A DNA stretch of 64,000 nt from an uncultured Enterobacteriaceae bacterium. Lineage in GTDB: Bacteria; Pseudomonadota; Gammaproteobacteria; Burkholderiales; SG8-39. Position numbers and translations under genes: made by a program. The notes under the pieces are model-generated. The model saw only the letters and a list, made by a program, of their open reading frames with translations, did not search any database and was not told where the DNA came from. Numbering within the stretch: the stretch's first letter is position 1; every line of letters begins with the position of its first letter. The DNA is taken from positions 1,659 through 65,658 of the forward strand of contig CAZYVT010000006.1 in the NCBI GenBank assembly GCA_964651335.1. Direction: 5' to 3'. Of this stretch, positions 53,960-62,927 are shown piece by piece.

Positions 53960-54861
53960 TGCGGTTTCAAGTCCTCCACGAAACGCATTACCGCTACTCG
54001 AGCCCGGTGGTGCTCTCGCAGCAGCTCCTGCATCTCACGCCGCGGACGCTGCGATGGCAATCGTGCGACGCGCATCGCGTCACGGTGGAGCCGCAACCGG
54101 GGGAGTTCGACCAGCGCGACGACTACTACGGGAATCGCACAGTGCACGTGTTGCTCGCCGTGCCGCACGAAGAGCTGCTGGTGCGCGCCGAGTCCGACGT
54201 GAGGCTGGAGCCGCGCGAGAAGGCCGCGCTCGCCTCGCCGCAGACGCAGTGGGAGACGGTGCGCGACCGCCTGCACGCGCTCGACGCGCCGCTGCCGCTC
54301 GAGCCGGCGGAATTCCTCCATGAATCGCCGCACGTCGAAACCTGGCGCGAACTCGGCGACTACGCGGGGAAGAGCTTCCCCCAGGGGCGCGGCGCGCTCG
54401 AGGCGGCGCGCGACCTCGCGCGGCGCATCCACAAGGACTTCACTTTCGACAAGAAGGCGACCAGCGTCTCGACGCCGTTGCGGCAGGTGGTCAAGCAGCG
54501 CCGCGGCGTGTGCCAGGATTTCGCGCACCTGATGATCGGCTGCCTGAGATCCGTCGGGCTTTCCGCGCGCTACGTCAGCGGCTACATCCTGACCGATCCG
54601 CCGCCCGGCAGGCCAAGGCTCATCGGCGCCGACGCCTCGCACGCGTGGGTGTCGGTGTACTGCGGCGACCAGGCAGGCTGGGTGGACATCGATCCGACCA
54701 ACGACTGCCTGGTGGACGACGAACACGTCACGCTCGGCTGGGGCCGCGATTTCGGCGACGTGACGCCGATGCGCGGCGTGATTCTCGGCGGCGGCGAGCA
54801 GGAGCTCGAGGTTCGCGTCACCGTCACGCCGCTGAGCGAGGAAGCGGAAACCCCACGCTGA
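53959..54861 (+). CDS. transglutaminase-family protein (Bact_transglu_N + TGase core), system B
   Basis: MRFQVLHETHYRYSSPVVLSQQLLHLTPR..., catalytic GVCQDFAHLMIGCLRSVGLSARYVSGY, and HAWVSVYCGDQAGWVDIDPTN. The ATG overlaps the upstream TGA. Confidence 0.85.
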   Translation: MRFQVLHETHYRYSSPVVLSQQLLHLTPRTLRWQSCDAHRVTVEPQPGEFDQRDDYYGNRTVHVLLAVPHEELLVRAESDVRLEPREKAALASPQTQWETVRDRLHALDAPLPLEPAEFLHESPHVETWRELGDYAGKSFPQGRGALEAARDLARRIHKDFTFDKKATSVSTPLRQVVKQRRGVCQDFAHLMIGCLRSVGLSARYVSGYILTDPPPGRPRLIGADASHAWVSVYCGDQAGWVDIDPTNDCLVDDEHVTLGWGRDFGDVTPMRGVILGGGEQELEVRVTVTPLSEEAETPR

Positions 54862-54912
54862 TTTCGCAGGTGCGTTAATATGGCCATTGAGATGGCCGTC
54901 TCGGGACGCGTC

Positions 54913-55149
54913 ATGGAAAAACAGGTGTCAATCGCGGAAGCCAAGGACCATTTCTCCGAGATCATTCAGGCTGCGGAGCGAGGTGCGGTCGTTGTCGTCA
55001 CGCGGCGCGGCAAGCCGGTCGCGCGGCTGGTCGCGGAAAGCGAATTCCAGCGGTTGACCCGGCGCAAGAAGCCGATCGCCTGGGGAGACAGGCTCGTCGA
55101 CCTGCGGGGCTTCAAGTTTGACCGCGAGGATGCCAACTCGCGCCGTTGA
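54913..55149 (+). CDS. Phd/YefM-VapB-type antitoxin (apparently orphan)
   Basis: MEKQVSIAEAKDHFSEIIQAAERGAVVVVTRRGKPVARLV is the typical prevent-host-death antitoxin N-terminus. A longer start is possible at 54880. Confidence 0.7.
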   Translation: MEKQVSIAEAKDHFSEIIQAAERGAVVVVTRRGKPVARLVAESEFQRLTRRKKPIAWGDRLVDLRGFKFDREDANSRR

Positions 55150-55298
55150 CGGCGCAGACGCTCTTTTCGGAGGACCTGCAGGACGGTCAGGTGATTGACG
55201 GCGCCCTGTCCATCCGATCGCCTTTCCGGCATGCGCTGGAACAGACCAGGCCGGCATACCGCGCCCGCCGCGCGCGCCGCTCGCGGGCGAAACGCTGA
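55146..55298 (+). pseudogene. vapC: C-terminal stub of a PIN-domain VapC toxin
   Basis: The frame opening at 55146 (overlapping the antitoxin stop) reads LTAQTLFSEDLQDGQVIDGALSIRSPF.... This resembles only the last ~25 residues of VapC/PIN toxins (...LxSEDLQxGQxIxGxxIxNPF). The N-terminal part of the PIN domain, including the conserved Asp in the first strand, is absent. Confidence 0.4.
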
Positions 55299-55307
55299 GG
55301 CCGGCCC

Positions 55308-56597
55308 ATGCCAGACCGCAAATTCGGAATCGAAACGTTGTGCCTGCACGCCGGACAGATTCCCGATCCGGCCACCGGCGCGCGCGCGGCGCCCATTTAC
55401 CAGACCACCTCGTTCGTCTTCGACTCCGCAGACCACGCGGCGAGCCTGTTCAACCTGCAGACGTTCGGCAACGTCTACTCGCGGATCTCGAACCCGACCG
55501 TGGCCGTGCTCGAGGAGCGCATGGCGGCGATCGAGAACGGCCGCGCGGCGCTCGCCTGCGCCACCGGGCAGGCGGCGGAGGTGACCGCGATCCTCACGCT
55601 CGTAAAGAGCGGCGATCACATCGTTTCAGCCTCGACGCTCTACGGCGGCACGCACACGCTGCTCGGCGTGAACCTGAAAAAGCTCGGCGTCGAAACGACC
55701 TTCGTCCATCCGGACGATCCGGAGGACTTCCGGAGGGCGATCCGTCCGAATACGAAGCTGCTGTTCGCCGAGACGCTCGGCAACCCGCTCATCAACATCG
55801 TGGACATCGAGGCGCTCGCCGGCATCGCGCGCGAGGCGGGCGTGCCGCTCGTGCTCGATAACACCGTGCCCTCGCCGTACCTGTGCCGGCCGCTCGATTG
55901 GGGCGCGGACATCGTCGTGCATTCGGCGACCAAGTACATCGGCGGGCATGGGACGACCATGGGCGGCGTCATCGTCGAGTCGGGCAGGTTCGATTGGGGA
56001 AACGGCAAGTTTCCCGAGTTCACTACGCCTTCGCCGGGGTATCACGGCGTGATCTTCCACGAGACCTTCGGCGACTTCGGCTACACGATGAAGGCGCGCA
56101 TGGAGATCATGCGCACGTTCGGAGCGGCGCTTTCGCCGATGAACGCGTGGCTGCTGCTGCAGGGACTGGAAACGCTCCCCGTGCGCATGGACCGGCATTG
56201 CGCGAACACGCTTGCCGTCGCGCTGTTCCTCAAGCAGCATCCGCGCGTGGCGTGGGTGAACTACCCGGGCCTTCCCGACAGCAAGTACCACGCGCTCGCG
56301 AAGAAGTACCTGCCCAAGGGTGCGTCAGGGCTGCTCAATTTCGGCGTCAAGGGGGGAGCCAAGGCAGGCGTGCGCTTCATCGAGGCGGCACAGTTCATGA
56401 GCCATCTCGCCAACATCGGCGACGCCAAGACGCTCATCATCCATCCCGCCTCCACCACGCACCGGCAGATGAGCGACGAGGACCAGTTGAAGGCGGGCGT
56501 GACCCCCGACATGGTCCGCATGTCGGTCGGCATCGAGTCGATCGACGACATCCTCTGGGACATTGACCAGGCGCTGACCGAGGCGGCGCGGGGGTAG
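55308..56597 (+). CDS. metY: O-acetylhomoserine aminocarboxypropyltransferase (sulfhydrylase)
   Basis: FGIETLCLHAGQIPDPATGARAAPIYQTTSFVF and the PLP-lysine region SATKYIGGHGTTMGG. 429 aa. Confidence 0.9.
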   Translation: MPDRKFGIETLCLHAGQIPDPATGARAAPIYQTTSFVFDSADHAASLFNLQTFGNVYSRISNPTVAVLEERMAAIENGRAALACATGQAAEVTAILTLVKSGDHIVSASTLYGGTHTLLGVNLKKLGVETTFVHPDDPEDFRRAIRPNTKLLFAETLGNPLINIVDIEALAGIAREAGVPLVLDNTVPSPYLCRPLDWGADIVVHSATKYIGGHGTTMGGVIVESGRFDWGNGKFPEFTTPSPGYHGVIFHETFGDFGYTMKARMEIMRTFGAALSPMNAWLLLQGLETLPVRMDRHCANTLAVALFLKQHPRVAWVNYPGLPDSKYHALAKKYLPKGASGLLNFGVKGGAKAGVRFIEAAQFMSHLANIGDAKTLIIHPASTTHRQMSDEDQLKAGVTPDMVRMSVGIESIDDILWDIDQALTEAARG

Positions 56598-56610
56598 GAG
56601 CGAGCGGGCC

Positions 56611-57702
56611 CTAGAAGGCGTGTCGCAGCGCGACCGACCAGATGCGCGGATCCTCGCCTGCAGCCACCGCGGCGGAAGCGCTGCCCTGTCCTGCCGCCGA
56701 GTTGTACAGGTTGTAGATCGCGCCGGCGTCGTTCGAGACGCTGGCGTAGGTCACTCCGACCGAAGTCCGCTTCGAGAGATCGTACGCGTAGGCAAGGGCG
56801 AACATCCGCGCGCCGTCCGCTGCGGCAGTGGCCTTGTCGTCGCGCGCCTTGCTGTACTCGGCGTAGAAGTTGTGGCGGCCGGCCGTGTAGCGCAGCGGGA
56901 CCGACCACGCGGTGCGGTTGCTGGTGACCGCGCCGGTCGCGCCGGTAATAAATTTCGCACGGTCCCACGCCAGGCCGAGCTTGAGACCATCCCAGACATG
57001 ATAGCCCCAGAGCCGGTCTCCCTTCTGGTCGGCGGTGAGGAACGCATCGGGCTTGGAGTTCCAGTTGCTCCAGCCGATCTGCCAGCTCACCGCGGTGTAG
57101 CTCGGCACGAAATTCCAGGCGCGGCCCCTGCGTACGCTGCTTCCGATATCTGCTTCGGCCGCGGCCGGGTTCGTCGAGTAGGCGGCGGTCACGGCAAGGC
57201 CGTTCCAGTTCGGCGAGTCGTACCGTACGACATTCGCCGTTCGGGTGTTTCCCGCGATCGCGGTTCCTCCTCCTCCCGCGAATGCGAGCAACGCGATGTT
57301 CTGCGCCTTGTACGAGCCGCCTTTCGCGGCGATCTCGGAAGGCGAATTGTGGTAGTGCAGGTCGAAGCGGCCGAGCGCGAGCGTCCCCCAGCTCTTGCTG
57401 CGCAGCCCGACCCAGTTGTTTCCGTTGGCGGCGTCTGCGCCAGAATCCAGCGTCACGCGCCAGTCGAGCTGGCCGACGGCCTGCAGACCGCCGCCAAGGT
57501 CCTCGATCACCTGAAAGATGATTCGCGAGGCCTCGTCCGCGACCCGGCCTTCGCTGCTTGGAGACTTGGTCGTCTGGTCGAGCTTGACGTTCTCCACGGC
57601 CATCTTGAAAAAACCGCTCATGCTCACGCCCGACTGCGCAAGCGCGGCCACGGGAAAGGCGCATGCGACCGTGACTGCGGCGGCGATCGGTATTTTGCCC
57701 AT
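56611..57702 (-). CDS. outer-membrane porin (betaproteobacterial trimeric porin type)
   Basis: MGKIPIAAAVTVACAFPVAALAQSGVSMSGFFKMAVE..., alternating beta-strand pattern and a C-terminal ...WSVALRHAF (terminal Phe). A GGAGG Shine-Dalgarno lies about 7 nt before ATG 57702. Confidence 0.85.
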   Translation of the reverse strand: MGKIPIAAAVTVACAFPVAALAQSGVSMSGFFKMAVENVKLDQTTKSPSSEGRVADEASRIIFQVIEDLGGGLQAVGQLDWRVTLDSGADAANGNNWVGLRSKSWGTLALGRFDLHYHNSPSEIAAKGGSYKAQNIALLAFAGGGGTAIAGNTRTANVVRYDSPNWNGLAVTAAYSTNPAAAEADIGSSVRRGRAWNFVPSYTAVSWQIGWSNWNSKPDAFLTADQKGDRLWGYHVWDGLKLGLAWDRAKFITGATGAVTSNRTAWSVPLRYTAGRHNFYAEYSKARDDKATAAADGARMFALAYAYDLSKRTSVGVTYASVSNDAGAIYNLYNSAAGQGSASAAVAAGEDPRIWSVALRHAF

Positions 57703-57862
57703 GTGCATCCTCCGGCGGAACATTCTGCGACCAATGTACCCTGACCGTCGCTCTCGACGTTTGCCCTGGGTCAAGCACGTGGAGTAGATTGGCATGCGAA
57801 AACACGCTCGTGGGCGCACCCAAACCAGGTGTTGCACCCGGCAGCGCGGTCGGGAGAAGAAC

Positions 57863-58930
57863 ATGCTCAGCTGGCAGGTCATCGAACACGGCAAGCCGCT
57901 GCAGAAGGTGCTGACCGAGACTCCGAAACCCCAGGGCACCGAGGTTCTGGTGCGCGTCACACGCTCCGGCGTGTGCCATTCGGACCTGCACATCTGGGAC
58001 GGATACTTCGATCTGGGCGGCGGCAAGCGCTTCTACGTCAAGGACCGCGGCTGCGTGCCGCCCTTCACCATGGGGCACGAACCCTTCGGTGTGGTGGAAG
58101 CCGTGGGACCGCGCGCCAAAGGGGTCAAGGTCGGCCAGAGGCGGATCGTGTTTCCCTGGATCGGCTGCGGCCAGTGCCCCGTATGCAGGGACGGGCTGGA
58201 CAATTACTGCCTCAAACAGCGTTTCCTCGGCATCATGAGGCCGGGCGCATACGCCACGCACTTGCTCGTGCCGCACCCCAGGTATCTGGTGAACGCCGGC
58301 GGAGTGGACGAGGCGTTCGCCTCCACGCTCGCCTGTTCCGGCCTCACCGCCTACAGCGCGATCAGCAAGATCCAGAAGCTCGATTCGCGCGACTGGGTAG
58401 CGGTGCTGGGTTGCGGAGGGCTCGGGCTCGTGGCGGTCTCGATCCTCAAGGCGAAGGGGATCCGCAACGTGATCGCCTGCGACGTGGATGATTTCAAGCT
58501 CGCGGCGGCGAAGAAGCTTGGCGCGAAGCGGACCCTCGACACGCGCGCGCCCGACGCCGCGCAGAAGCTGCAGGAGCTGGCGGGCGGCTACCTCGCTGCT
58601 GCGATCGATTTCGTCGGCATGCCGGCGACGCACGCGATCGCGTACCCGGCGTTGAGGAAAGGCGGCCGCTATATCCTGTGCGGTCTGTTCGGCGGCGAGA
58701 TCACCTTGTCGATGCCGCCGATCGCACAGCGCGCGGTCGCAATGATGGGCTCCTACGTCGGCAACCTCCAGGAGCTGAAGGCAGTCGTCGCCCTCGCGAA
58801 GAAGAAAAAACTCAAGCCCACCCCGGTCACGACGCGTCCGGCCGGCGAGGTGAACGCAATTCTGGAGGATCTCAAGGCAGGCAAGGTGCTCGGCCGCGTG
58901 GTGCTCGATTTCGAGCGCAACGATTCGTGA
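57863..58930 (+). CDS. zinc-dependent alcohol dehydrogenase-family oxidoreductase
   Basis: GVCHSDLHIWDG (catalytic Zn), structural Zn cysteines CGQCPVCRDGLDNYC, and VLGCGGLGLVAV Rossmann motif. Confidence 0.85.
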   Translation: MLSWQVIEHGKPLQKVLTETPKPQGTEVLVRVTRSGVCHSDLHIWDGYFDLGGGKRFYVKDRGCVPPFTMGHEPFGVVEAVGPRAKGVKVGQRRIVFPWIGCGQCPVCRDGLDNYCLKQRFLGIMRPGAYATHLLVPHPRYLVNAGGVDEAFASTLACSGLTAYSAISKIQKLDSRDWVAVLGCGGLGLVAVSILKAKGIRNVIACDVDDFKLAAAKKLGAKRTLDTRAPDAAQKLQELAGGYLAAAIDFVGMPATHAIAYPALRKGGRYILCGLFGGEITLSMPPIAQRAVAMMGSYVGNLQELKAVVALAKKKKLKPTPVTTRPAGEVNAILEDLKAGKVLGRVVLDFERNDS

Positions 58931-59010
58931 ACTGCGTGCGTAAGGTGTACTAGGTCCCGGCTGGAACGGCGCCGTCATCCGCACGCGGCATGCTCGCTTA
59001 GAATAACCGC

Positions 59011-60600
59011 GTGGCGGCGCCCTTTTCCTGGTCCTTGCCGTATCCCTGGGCGCGCAAGCCGCTGCTGGCCGGAAACGTCGTCGCCACCTCGCAGCCGCTT
59101 GCCGCGCAGGCGGGTCTTTCAATGCTCGCCGCGGGCGGCAACGCGGTCGATGCGGCGCTCGCCACCGCGATCACACTGACGCTCGTGGAGCCGGTGTCGA
59201 ACGGCATCGGCTCGGATGCGTACGCGATCGTCTGGGACGGACAGCAGCTTCACGGTCTCAACGCCTCCGGACGCTCGCCCGCCGGCTGGACGCCGGAGTT
59301 TTTCGGCGGCAATGCGGTGCCGCAGCGCGGGTGGAACTCGGTCACAGTGCCGGGGTGCGTCTCGGCCTGGCGCGTGCTCTCGGAGCGCTTCGGCAAGCTG
59401 CCGTTCGAGAGACTGTTCGAGCGCGCGATCCGCTATGGGCGCGAGGGATTCCTCGTCTCGCCGACGATCGCGCGCCAATGGGCGCAGCAGGTGACGGAAC
59501 TCAGGGGGCAGCCGGGTTTCTCCGAAGTCTTCATGCCGGGCGGACGCCCGCCCGCCCCGGGCGAAGTGTTTCGCTTTCCCGATCACGCCGCGACCCTGGA
59601 GAAAATCGCGGCAACGAAAGGCGAAGCGTTCTATCGCGGCGAGCTCGCCGAGGCGATCGAGGCGGACGCGAAGCGGCATGGCGCCGCGATGCGCGCGCCG
59701 GACCTTGCCGCGCACGCCCCGGACTGGATCGCGCCGCTCGAGATCGGCTACCGCGGCTGCACGATCCACGAGCTGCCGCCGAACGGCCAGGGAATCGTGG
59801 CGTTGATCGCGCTCGGCATCCTGGGCGAATTCGATGTCGCGTCGCTGCCCGTGGATTCAGCCGACAGCCTGCACCTGCAGATCGAGGCAGTGAAGCTCGC
59901 CTTCGCCGATGCGTTCGCCTACGTCGCCGACCTCGAGCACATGCCCTTCGCACCGGAACGGCTGCTCGAACCCGGCTATCTGTGGAGCCGCGCAAAAATC
60001 ATTGACATGAAGCGCGCGCAAGCTTTCACCGCCGGCACCCCGCCCAAGGGCGGCACCGTCTACCTTACGACGGCGGATGAACGAGGCATGATGGTGTCGA
60101 TGATCCAGTCGAACTACATGGGCTTCGGCTCCGGTGTGGTGGTGCCCGGAACCGGGATCTCGCTGCAGAACCGCGGCGCCTCGTTCGTGGCCAGGGAAGG
60201 TCATCCGAACCGCGTCGGGCCACGCAAGCGCCCCTACCAGACGATCATTCCGGGCTTCGTGACGAAGGAGGGCAAGCCGCTCATGAGCTTCGGCGTCATG
60301 GGCGGCACGATGCAGCCGCAGGGACACGTTCAGGTCCTGGTACGCATCGCCGACTACGGACAGAATCCGCAGGCGGCCTGCGACGGCCCGCGTTTCCGCT
60401 GGGTGCAGGGGCTGGAGGTAAACGTGGAAGGCGGATTTTCGCCGGCCGTGCTGGACGAGCTCGCGCGCCGCGGGCACCGGCTCACCGAGCTGAAGGAAGG
60501 CTACATGGACTTCGGCAGCGCGCAGATGATCTGGAAACTCGACGGCGGCTACCTCGCAGCGAGTGACCCGCGGCGGGACGGGCAGGCAGTCGGGTTTTGA
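59011..60600 (+). CDS. ggt: gamma-glutamyltransferase-family protein
   Basis: 529 aa with a GTG start. It contains VATSQPLAAQAGLSMLAAGGNAVDAALA and the autoprocessing/nucleophile region GGTVYLTTAD. No obvious signal peptide. Confidence 0.85.
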   Translation: MAAPFSWSLPYPWARKPLLAGNVVATSQPLAAQAGLSMLAAGGNAVDAALATAITLTLVEPVSNGIGSDAYAIVWDGQQLHGLNASGRSPAGWTPEFFGGNAVPQRGWNSVTVPGCVSAWRVLSERFGKLPFERLFERAIRYGREGFLVSPTIARQWAQQVTELRGQPGFSEVFMPGGRPPAPGEVFRFPDHAATLEKIAATKGEAFYRGELAEAIEADAKRHGAAMRAPDLAAHAPDWIAPLEIGYRGCTIHELPPNGQGIVALIALGILGEFDVASLPVDSADSLHLQIEAVKLAFADAFAYVADLEHMPFAPERLLEPGYLWSRAKIIDMKRAQAFTAGTPPKGGTVYLTTADERGMMVSMIQSNYMGFGSGVVVPGTGISLQNRGASFVAREGHPNRVGPRKRPYQTIIPGFVTKEGKPLMSFGVMGGTMQPQGHVQVLVRIADYGQNPQAACDGPRFRWVQGLEVNVEGGFSPAVLDELARRGHRLTELKEGYMDFGSAQMIWKLDGGYLAASDPRRDGQAVGF

Positions 60601-60648
60601 AACCAGCCCGTCACGCTTCGCGTGCCACCCCTCCTCCGAGAGGAGGGG
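60601..60648 (+). repeat. REP-like double-hairpin element, copy 2
   Basis: Hairpin 1 is CACGC-TTC-GCGTG (60612-60624). Hairpin 2 is CCCCTCCTC-CGA-GAGGAGGGG (60628-60648). It has the same orientation and layout as 7777-7824. Confidence 0.55.
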
Positions 60649-60667
60649 AATAAAAGGAGCAGGAGAG

Positions 60668-61285
60668 ATGCTGAAGATCTGGGGGCGGACTAATTCGGTC
60701 AACGTGAAGAAGGTGCTTTGGTGCGTCGAGGAGCTGGGCCTGACGTACGAGCGCATCGATGCCGGGATGCAGTACGGCGTCGTCAATACGCCTGAATACC
60801 GCAAGATGAATCCGAACGGCCTTGTGCCGACGATCAAGGACGACGGATTCGTGCTGTGGGAGTCGCACACCATCGTGCGCTACCTGGGGGCGAAGTACGG
60901 CGCCGGGAAAATCTGGCCGCTCGACCTCTGGCAGCGCGCGGATGCCGAGCGCTGGATGGATTGGGCGTTCACCTTTCTTGCCGCGTTCCGCCCCGTGTTC
61001 TGGGGGTTGGTGCGCACGCCGCCGGAACAGCGCGACACGGCGGCGATCGAAGAGGGGCGAAAGACATGCGCGGGGCTACTCGGCCGCCTCGACGCGTCGC
61101 TCGCGGGCCGCAACTATGTCGCCGGCAAGAGCTTCACCATCGGCGACATCCCGATCGGCTGCCATGTGCAGCTCTGGATGCGGCTGCCGATCGAGCGGCC
61201 GACGCATCCGGCTCTGGAGGCCTGGTTCGCGCGCCTCCTGGAACGAGCGCCCTTCCGCAAGGTCGTCGACGTGCCGCTTTCCTAG
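60668..61285 (+). CDS. glutathione S-transferase
   Basis: MLKIWGRTNSVNVKKVLWCVEELGL...NPNGLVPTIKDDGFVLWESHTIVRYL is a GST N-terminal thioredoxin-like motif. AGGAGA Shine-Dalgarno. Confidence 0.9.
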   Translation: MLKIWGRTNSVNVKKVLWCVEELGLTYERIDAGMQYGVVNTPEYRKMNPNGLVPTIKDDGFVLWESHTIVRYLGAKYGAGKIWPLDLWQRADAERWMDWAFTFLAAFRPVFWGLVRTPPEQRDTAAIEEGRKTCAGLLGRLDASLAGRNYVAGKSFTIGDIPIGCHVQLWMRLPIERPTHPALEAWFARLLERAPFRKVVDVPLS

Positions 61286-62322
61286 GGTGCGGGAGCCGAG
61301 GCTCCTGCTCCTGAGGTGCCGTCCAGGCGACGCTTGCGCTCGGCCTTGTCGAGTGCTGCGAGCGACTTCACCGTGGCGTAGAACTGTTCCAGATCGCCGC
61401 CGCTTTCGGCGAGCAGCCGTTCGAACGCCGGCACCAGCTGCGAATAGGTCGCGAACGACGCGAGCAACGCGTTGTTCGGGGCACCGTCGAAACCGGCGGC
61501 ATGGCGGAGATAGACGGGGTGGGCCGCAAGGCGTTCGAACTCGGTGCGTTTGCGCATACGCATCTCCTCGGGCGAGAGGTCGAGCCGATACAGCGCTTCG
61601 AGCCGCGCCCGAGTCTGGTCGAGAACCCGCGCGAAACCGCGCTCCCGCTCCCGCGCATCGCGGAATTTCGGCAGATCCGCATTGCGTCCGGACGCGGCCA
61701 GCCAGCGCCGCACGCCCTCGCGCTCGACCGCGACTGCAAACGATTCGTTGAAGGTCGAGTCGCCCCGAACGTAGACGAGCTGGTGCGCAAGCTCGTGGAA
61801 CACGAGGCGCGCGAGTTCCGCGTCCGGCCAGCGGATGAAGGTCGAGAGCAGCGGGTCATCGAACACACCGAGCGTCGAGTACGCAGGAACCCCAAACACG
61901 AAGGCGTCGAATCCGCTCTCTTGCGCGCGCGCCGCGTGGCGCTGCGCGCCTTCCTTGGCGAAGAAGCCGCGGTAGGAAACGCAGCCCGCCACGGGAAAGC
62001 AGGATCGAACCGGGTCGAGCGAGAACTCCGCCGCGGCGACCGTGTTCCAGACCGCGTAGGGCCGGTCCAGCTCGGCATAGCGGCGGTAGCTTCCGTTGTC
62101 CGGAAGCCTCAGCTCACGCGAGGCGAACTCGCGGACTGCCTGCGAAACCGCGAGGCGCTCGCGAAGAGAGGATGGTGTTTGCGCATCTGCGAGCAGTTCC
62201 GTCACCGGGCGCACGCGGCCGGTCAGGTCGAGGTGTCCGCCCACGGCCTGCGCGTAATACGAGAGCGTCTCGCAACCCGAGAGCGCAAGCGCGCTAACGG
62301 CCGTCAGCAAGAAACCGCGCAT
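61282..62322 (-). CDS. predicted zinc aminopeptidase lipoprotein (DUF2265-type)
   Basis: Lipobox LALSGC, HELAHQ zinc motif and the YRGFF segment. 346 aa. Confidence 0.7.
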   Translation of the reverse strand: MRGFLLTAVSALALSGCETLSYYAQAVGGHLDLTGRVRPVTELLADAQTPSSLRERLAVSQAVREFASRELRLPDNGSYRRYAELDRPYAVWNTVAAAEFSLDPVRSCFPVAGCVSYRGFFAKEGAQRHAARAQESGFDAFVFGVPAYSTLGVFDDPLLSTFIRWPDAELARLVFHELAHQLVYVRGDSTFNESFAVAVEREGVRRWLAASGRNADLPKFRDARERERGFARVLDQTRARLEALYRLDLSPEEMRMRKRTEFERLAAHPVYLRHAAGFDGAPNNALLASFATYSQLVPAFERLLAESGGDLEQFYATVKSLAALDKAERKRRLDGTSGAGASAPAP

Positions 62323-62917
62323 GAAGCAGAAACGATTCCACGTTGACCGCGACGCGGCCCGAAACGAGCATCATGCTGTGGCTCACGGGCAGCAGGATCC
62401 GCTCGGCCATTCCTTCCACCGCGGTCTCCTCGACGCACACAACGCCGTCGCTCGGCCCCGGCAATCGCCCGAATGCGCGCCCGAGTCCCATCGGCAGCGT
62501 CCCCGCGATGACGCCGAGCGGCTCGGGTCGGGTCCAGTGCGCAGCGCGCTCCTCGCGCCACAGTGCATCGCTCTCTCCCAGCATCCAGCGCCCGATTCCG
62601 CGCCGCGCCAGACGCCTGCCGGAGAAACAGCCGCGAACCGGCGTTCCTAGCAGGACGACACTTCCTGCCTCGACGCCGCGGTCCGCATTGAGCGCCTCAA
62701 TCACGATGAGCCCGCCCAGGCTATGGCCGACGAAGTGCGCGGGGCCGACCGAACGCGCGAATCGCGCCAGCCGCTCCACATTGGCCTGCAGGGGGCGGTT
62801 TCGGCCCGCGTAGCCGAAAAGCCGGCAGCGAAGCCCGCTGCGCGCAAGGCGCGCGGCAAGCGGCGACATCACCACTCCCGGGACCCACAGCCCATGCACC
62901 AGGATTACATCGCGCAT
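62294..62917 (-). CDS. alpha/beta hydrolase (small, lipase/esterase-like)
   Basis: MRDVILVHGLW... and GHSLGGLIV nucleophile elbow. 207 aa. It overlaps the downstream gene start by 29 nt. Confidence 0.7.
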   Translation of the reverse strand: MRDVILVHGLWVPGVVMSPLAARLARSGLRCRLFGYAGRNRPLQANVERLARFARSVGPAHFVGHSLGGLIVIEALNADRGVEAGSVVLLGTPVRGCFSGRRLARRGIGRWMLGESDALWREERAAHWTRPEPLGVIAGTLPMGLGRAFGRLPGPSDGVVCVEETAVEGMAERILLPVSHSMMLVSGRVAVNVESFLLHARFLADGR

Positions 62918-62927
62918 CGAGCGAATT

